A stretch of 22,774 bases of DNA. Source: a virus. Every line of letters begins with the position of its first letter. Within the stretch, counting starts at the first letter, position 1. Position numbers and translations under genes: made by a program. The stretch lies in the IMG/VR virus record IMGVR_UViG_3300028888_004798; one strand, written 5' to 3'. This document shows positions 17,835-22,774 of the stretch, piece after piece. The notes below the pieces were generated by a model that was given only the letters and a program-made list of their open reading frames with translations, was not told where the DNA came from and made no database searches.

Positions 17835-19233
17835 AGATGGCCAATTCTATTTAGGTGCAAGAGACAAAGCTATTCTTCAAAAATGTGTATATGAAAATCC
17901 ATACATACCATTTAAACCATTTGTCAAACAAGCTGAGATGATTCTAGCAACAGAAAAGGAAGTTCTGATTGGTGGTGCCGCTGGAGGTAGTAAATCAACC
18001 AGCCTGTTAATGAGAGCCTTATTTTATGTTCAGGACGATGTTAATGAATACCATGCATTAATATTGCGTAGAACATTATCTGATTTGAAAAGGAAAGGTG
18101 CATTGATTCATAAAGCCAGCCAATGGCTTAACCGTAAAGAGATTCAAAGAGACCCAGCTATTCGGCCGAAGTGGGATGGTACTGAACATTCATGGACATT
18201 TCCAAACGGCAATAGTTTAACCTTTGGATATTTACGTAACATTAACGACCTCGATACTTATCAGGGTTCTGAATACCAGTTCATTGGCATTGATGAGTTA
18301 ACGCAACTGGAACGCTTTAAATATATTTATATGCGTTCACGTGTCCGAAAAACTAAGGACAATAAACTTCCAACACAGTTAATGTGCTCAAGTAATCCTG
18401 GTAAGCGTGGTAATAAATGGGTCAGGGAAAGATTCATCGAAAAGATAGATGCAGACATTCAGGACAAAGACCAGATAAGATTTATCAGCTCCAGTTATGT
18501 CGATAATGTTTATCTGGACAGACAGGACTATGAAGAATATCTTATGGGCTTGGATAGAGTTACACGTGAGCAGTTAATGAACGGTAACTGGTATGCTTCA
18601 GTTAAAGGTGAGCTATTTGATGAATCAGATTTCCACTTGATCTCTCATGACGAATTTTTGAAAATACCTATCATCCGGATCATCAGGTATTGGGATCTTG
18701 CTGCAACTGAAGTTCTCAACGATGACAAACTCAAAGGTAATGATCCAGATTATACCGCAGGAGTGTTACTGGCCAAAGATTTAAACGGCAATATTTACAT
18801 CCTTGATTCTTATGAGTTTCAATTGGAGTCACGGAATCTTATTAATGAAATCATTAACACTGCAGCGCGTGATAAAGCGGATGTGCAGTATATAGAACTT
18901 GACGGTTCCACTGGTAAGAACTTTGGCCTGTTAATTATTGATGAATTAAACCGAAGAGGATTTACTACAGGCACTGGAAATTCACGTGAGAATAAAGTTG
19001 ACCGTGCCAGAAGAGTTTCAGCTGACATCCAACTTAACGGAATTTTCCTGGTTGGGAAGGATAGAACAGGGTTTACTAAAAAATGGGCCATGGAATTTCT
19101 TGAAAAAATTACAGCATACCCTAACGAATCCATTCACGATGACTGTGTTGTTGCATTCACCGGTGCATATGAGAAACTGGCTACTGAAAAGCAACCTCAA
19201 AGAGTTGATGTTGATAAATGGTATTCTACATAA
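17815..19233 (+). CDS. terL: Terminase large subunit (Terminase_6/T4-like ATPase plus RNase H-fold nuclease)
   Basis: Walker A GGAAGGSKS, Walker B FIGIDELTQ, coupling motif SSNPG, nuclease YWDLAA...HDDCV. Alternative start 17824. Confidence 0.93.
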   Translation: MIIMYNKDGQFYLGARDKAILQKCVYENPYIPFKPFVKQAEMILATEKEVLIGGAAGGSKSTSLLMRALFYVQDDVNEYHALILRRTLSDLKRKGALIHKASQWLNRKEIQRDPAIRPKWDGTEHSWTFPNGNSLTFGYLRNINDLDTYQGSEYQFIGIDELTQLERFKYIYMRSRVRKTKDNKLPTQLMCSSNPGKRGNKWVRERFIEKIDADIQDKDQIRFISSSYVDNVYLDRQDYEEYLMGLDRVTREQLMNGNWYASVKGELFDESDFHLISHDEFLKIPIIRIIRYWDLAATEVLNDDKLKGNDPDYTAGVLLAKDLNGNIYILDSYEFQLESRNLINEIINTAARDKADVQYIELDGSTGKNFGLLIIDELNRRGFTTGTGNSRENKVDRARRVSADIQLNGIFLVGKDRTGFTKKWAMEFLEKITAYPNESIHDDCVVAFTGAYEKLATEKQPQRVDVDKWYST

Positions 19234-19250
19234 TAATAGCTATTTTGCTA

Positions 19251-19932
19251 TGGACATATTGATGGACATACTATGGACTATACTGTGGACTTTATGGACT
19301 GTCTTATGGACATATTATGGACTGCATCGTGGACTGTTTGTGGACTTGAAGTGGGACACCATGGACACCCAATGGGATTATCATATGGATTATCTGAGGG
19401 ACTAATTATGGACAAGGTAATGGACATATCGTGGACTATGTTATGGACTAACTATGGACTATACTATGGACTGGTTATGGACTACTTGATGGACATACTA
19501 TGGACTATGTTGTGGACTAACTATGGACTAACTAATGGACAAAGTGTGGACTATATCGTGGACTGTTTATGGACTAAGTTGTGGATGGACTGGATGATGG
19601 ACTGTTTATGGACTGATGGATGTATGGATGGACTAATGGACATACACGAATCAGGTATACCCCCCATGTATCAGAAATCTAAGGTCGATATGAACTTCTT
19701 TTTGTAGGGTGTCCATAACTATGGACTGATTATGGACTATACTATGGACTGATTATGGACTGGAGTATGGACTGATTTTTCATAAAATTGTTGTCTGCGA
19801 ACCTAGTCGAGCCGACATAACATTGTTATCTTTCCAAAATCAACGCAATTTTCAGGGGGTACACATTTTTTGGGGCAGTCCACGTGGATGGATGTATGGA
19901 CTACAGTCCACGTTATGGACTTCCGCGTGGAC
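19251..19932 (+). repeat. Phased array of TGGAC pentamers (38 forward, 3 reverse) starting 18 bp after the terL stop
   Basis: From 19409 to 19570 the starts alternate exactly 12 and 11 bp for 14 intervals; the 6-7 nt spacers vary in sequence. Confidence 0.95.
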
Positions 19933-20174
19933 TGTTTACCCGGCAACAATTCACATCGACCTCCATAAAAAAATCCCGCGAAAAAATCGATACAATAATT
20001 TTTCAATTAAAATTCAAATAAAATTATTTTAAAAAAATAATTAATAATAATAAATATAGGAAATAAAAAAATAAAATAAAATAAAATATTATTAAATTTA
20101 AAGATATTTTACAATTTATTTATATAGTAGTTTATCTAAATATAAATTTAACTTAATGGAGTGAGTGATAAATC

Positions 20175-20351
20175 ATGGCGATTCAGGAACCCACTAAGCA
20201 GAAATCATTTAAAATTTCAGAAGATTTAGCTATTGAATTTGAAATTCAAGCTAAGAGAAGTAGGACAAAAGAAGTTGACCTGATTACAAGGTATATTCAA
20301 GAAGGTTTAGAAAGAGATCAGAATGAAGATAAACAATCAACATTAGATTAA
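20175..20351 (+). CDS. 58-aa ribbon-helix-helix (CopG/Arc-like) protein, absent from the ORF track
   Basis: MAIQEPTKQKSFKISEDLAIEFEIQAKRSRTKEVDLITRYIQEGLERDQNEDKQSTLD has a strand-helix-helix pattern; GGAGTGAGTGA RBS upstream. Confidence 0.75.
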   Translation: MAIQEPTKQKSFKISEDLAIEFEIQAKRSRTKEVDLITRYIQEGLERDQNEDKQSTLD

Positions 20352-20538
20352 AATTATATTGAAAATGTGTTAAAAAAATAGCTATGAAAGAATTATGAAA
20401 TGACGGCAATCATTTCATAACCATAAGTTTAAACTTATAATTATTTATAGAAATGGTTATATATAAACTTATTTATGGATTTGTATATACAAAAGTGTAT
20501 TACAAAAAAAATTATTTTTTGCACATTTCCAATTCAAG

Positions 20539-20673
20539 ATGAATACGGAAGTGTTAAGTATGGAAAGTATTAATGAAGAATCTTCCATGAGATTTAGGGA
20601 AGATAAAGATATATTATTTGTATTAGCAAATGCTAGGAATGTTTTAAAGGCTTTTTATGGGAGGATGTTATAA
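20539..20673 (+). CDS. Possible 44-aa ORF translationally coupled to the next gene
   Basis: Its stop TAA (20671-20673) overlaps the next ATG (TAATG); no other support. Confidence 0.25.
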   Translation: MNTEVLSMESINEESSMRFREDKDILFVLANARNVLKAFYGRML

Positions 20674-21140
20674 TGGCTGAAAAGATTGATTTCCATATTA
20701 AAGCTGACAAGTCAAAGACTGTTAAAGCTAGAGAATTATCTGGTTTAACTAACAGGGAAATTTTTGAGTTAGGTTGTAAGGCTGCAATCGAACAGCATCA
20801 AAATGTTTTAGATACTGAAATTTTAGAACTTAATGAAGCAATGGATAAGGTTAATGAATTAACGGCATCAGTCAGATCCCGATTAAGAGATATGGAAGTT
20901 CCAACAAAACCTAGTGATGATTCTGATTCTGACAGTGAAGATATGATAAGAAATCACATACCGCTTGAACTATTCAAGGAAATGGTATTGTATTATATGG
21001 ATACTTTTGGAATAACTGATATTCAGGAACTCAGCAGCAAAAACAAAGAAGTCTTCAGATTCTTTTTAATTAACCTGGCATATCACGATATGAATATGGA
21101 TGATGTAAATAAGTTATATGAAGATATGAATTCAGAATAA
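20673..21140 (+). CDS. RHH-like N-terminus plus coiled coil and C-terminal helical domain
   Basis: FHIKADKSKTVKARELSGLTNREIFELGCKAAI resembles 16343 and 16767; GGGAGG RBS. Confidence 0.7.
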   Translation: MAEKIDFHIKADKSKTVKARELSGLTNREIFELGCKAAIEQHQNVLDTEILELNEAMDKVNELTASVRSRLRDMEVPTKPSDDSDSDSEDMIRNHIPLELFKEMVLYYMDTFGITDIQELSSKNKEVFRFFLINLAYHDMNMDDVNKLYEDMNSE

Positions 21141-21248
21141 CTTTATTTATATTATTTACTTTTTTTATTTTACTTATTTTTTTAATAGCAATTCTTTTAA
21201 TCTTTAGTTATTGATTTTAGTAGTGTTATTGATATTCTTTTTTTGGAA

Positions 21249-21275
21249 TTGCAATTTTTGCAACAGGAATTGCAA
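21249..21275. repeat. Remote cluster of three TTGCAA palindromes
   Basis: At 21249, 21258 and 21270; TTGCAACAGGAATTGCAAC differs by one base from TTGCAACTGGAATTGCAAC in the main array. Confidence 0.8.
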
Positions 21276-21352
21276 CTTTCTTGGAGTTAAGATTTAATCC
21301 ATTTTAAATTTGTTCCTGTTACTGTTTATAGGTATTATGATTTCACTATAAA

Positions 21353-22186
21353 TTATATTGACTTAACAGAATAATCTATAACTCTAAGGTCATGAATACA
21401 AGTATAATCTGTATCTGGAGCAATATTACAAACTATCATTATTACATCACTATAATTAAAGTTATACACAATTGTTGTTTTAAGTCGTCCCATGTCTGAA
21501 TTGATTGTTGCATCAAAACAATAAGGTAAACTTTTGTTTTGAACAATGTTTGTATATCCTTGCATTTTAAGATATTCTTTTAATAGTGGGATGTTCTTTC
21601 GTGCATTATTATCGAAATGGCTAGATTTATACTCCATAACATATATCTCACAGGCCCTATCACTTTTTGATAATGCAACAATGGACTTGTGGAATTCATC
21701 ACTATCCTGGTAACTACCAATGTCATAATATTTTGGATAATCAAAAGATAAACCATTCTTTTTAATATGTTTTGTATTTGATGTGCTATTTTTTATAAGA
21801 TCTTTTATTTCGTTTAATTTTTTTTCTGATAACTCTCTTTCTGCTTTAGGACTGAAATCATAACCACAAAAACTACATTTCTTGGCGCTTTCACTTAATT
21901 TGCGTCCACAATCAGGACAATATCTATTGAACTTATATGCTGCATCAGAAGAGTTATATCCTTCAAATTTATAATCACAGTATGGGCATTTTTTTGCTAC
22001 ATTATTTATTTTATGCCCGCAATCCGGACATTTTTTCCAGTTAACATTAGGTTTAGTGTTGTAATTTTTTCTACGTATTCTAGTCCGTTTATTTGTATAA
22101 GAATTGTTTGATTTGTCTCTGCTTCCTAATGCTGCACAACATACTCCTACAATTATGAGTACTAGCAAAATTAATAGTATTGACAT
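21353..22186 (-). CDS. Membrane-anchored double zinc-ribbon protein with a C-terminal PsbP-like domain
   Basis: N-terminal hydrophobic helix; CPDC..CPYC and CPDC..CSFC; GLSFDYPKYY. GAGGT RBS. Confidence 0.8.
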   Translation of the reverse strand: MSILLILLVLIIVGVCCAALGSRDKSNNSYTNKRTRIRRKNYNTKPNVNWKKCPDCGHKINNVAKKCPYCDYKFEGYNSSDAAYKFNRYCPDCGRKLSESAKKCSFCGYDFSPKAERELSEKKLNEIKDLIKNSTSNTKHIKKNGLSFDYPKYYDIGSYQDSDEFHKSIVALSKSDRACEIYVMEYKSSHFDNNARKNIPLLKEYLKMQGYTNIVQNKSLPYCFDATINSDMGRLKTTIVYNFNYSDVIMIVCNIAPDTDYTCIHDLRVIDYSVKSI

Positions 22187-22425
22187 TGTTTACCTCTATG
22201 ATTATTTTATTTATTTAAATTAAACACATCTTATTATATTCTAATAATTATATCTCAAATTAAATTTATTTATAAATATCTATTAAAATAATCCTCCCTT
22301 AATTTTATTACTTATTTTATATAAATTATATAATAGAAAATATAATAGAGGTATACTTCAAGTGAAAGTATTTACTGGAAATATGAAAATTTCTTAGAAT
22401 AAAAAAATTCTTCTGGTGATTGTTA

Positions 22426-22566
22426 ATGTATGAAATGATTGGTATTCTTGTTGGTTTGGTTTTAATAAATGCTATTGTTAGTTTATTGATGATTGACCTA
22501 TTATATAGGTGTTATTGCTTAATTAAAAAAGATGAATACGATATACGAGAAGTATTTGAAAGGTGA
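22426..22566 (+). CDS. 46-aa single-pass membrane peptide, absent from the track
   Basis: MYEMIGILVGLVLINAIVSLLMIDLLYRCYCLIKKDEYDIREVFER; GGTGA RBS. Confidence 0.5.
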   Translation: MYEMIGILVGLVLINAIVSLLMIDLLYRCYCLIKKDEYDIREVFER

Positions 22567-22568
22567 TA

Positions 22569-22733
22569 ATGATGAGAAGAATAATTATTGAACTGGACTA
22601 TGAAGGACATGATTCTGATTTAAGCGCATGCCACGAACTTGAAAACATTCTGGACTTAACTGATTTTAAACTCAGAAGATTCAACAGTGTCGATACTGAA
22701 AACTTATTCACAGTAACAATTGGAAATGGTTAA
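22569..22733 (+). CDS. 54-aa hypothetical protein, absent from the track
   Basis: MMRRIIIELDYEGHDSDLSACHELENILDLTDFKLRRFNSVDTENLFTVTIGNG; AGGTGA RBS overlapping the upstream stop. Confidence 0.55.
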   Translation: MMRRIIIELDYEGHDSDLSACHELENILDLTDFKLRRFNSVDTENLFTVTIGNG

Positions 22734-22734
22734 A

Positions 22735-22774
22735 ATGGGCGTTACTGATTTTATAAGAACAAGACTCCTGAACA
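22735..22774 (+). CDS. Start of an ORF running off the window (MGVTDFIRTRLLN...)
   Basis: ATG 1 bp after the previous stop; open to the window end. Too short to identify. Confidence 0.35.
   Translation, partial: MGVTDFIRTRLLN

Noticed and set aside
19130-19160. TerL motif HDDCVVA lacking the later Asp of HDDxxDA
   Set aside because: T4 gp17 has HDDLVMS and is active, so this does not indicate inactivation.
19273-19707. 144-aa ORF (MD/WT/YG-rich) across the TGGAC array, plus overlapping ORFs 18986-19405, 19803-20006 and 19823-20032
   Set aside because: Composition simply reflects ATGGAC read in rotating frames because the 23-bp period is not a multiple of 3; no RBS. The stop-free length is somewhat surprising, so translation is not strictly excluded.
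19251-19932. CRISPR or mini-CRISPR interpretation of either array
   Set aside because: Repeats of 5-6 bp and spacers of 3-7 bp are far too short; no cas genes.
11987-19932. Arrays as restriction-site decoys for avoided motifs
   Set aside because: TGGAC/GTCCA and TTGCAA both occur repeatedly in coding DNA here, so there is no sign of avoidance; the strict spacing points to a binding lattice. A methylome would be needed to exclude it fully.

Overview
AT-rich segment of a head-tailed archaeal virus or provirus. The host is inferred to be a pseudomurein-walled methanogen (Methanobacteriales, probably Methanobrevibacter-like), based on a PeiW/PeiP-type endoisopeptidase and GGAG/GGTGA ribosome-binding sites. 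Genes: collagen-like tail fibre (5' partial), winged-HTH regulator, an antisense two-gene Eco57I/helicase-type restriction-modification island, a capsid decoration-like gene plus two tandem paralogous HK97-like major capsid genes, RHH/HTH DNA-binding proteins, a long coiled-coil protein, the Pei lysin, three host-like accessory genes, probable TerS and clear TerL, and small ORFs. No integrase, portal, protease, tRNA or CRISPR array is identifiable. The most unusual signals are non-coding. (1) Four same-orientation copies of a 110-112 bp element bounded by TTAACATTAAC...GTTAATGTTAA inverted repeats; three of them separate single accessory genes like cassettes. (2) 38 forward TGGAC pentamers directly after terL, with strictly alternating 12/11 bp spacing over 14 consecutive intervals, followed by an unlisted 58-aa RHH gene. 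(3) 23 TTGCAA palindromes at about 9-12 bp spacing within clusters around a GC-richer hairpin core, next to the coiled-coil gene. All functional roles proposed for these elements are inference.
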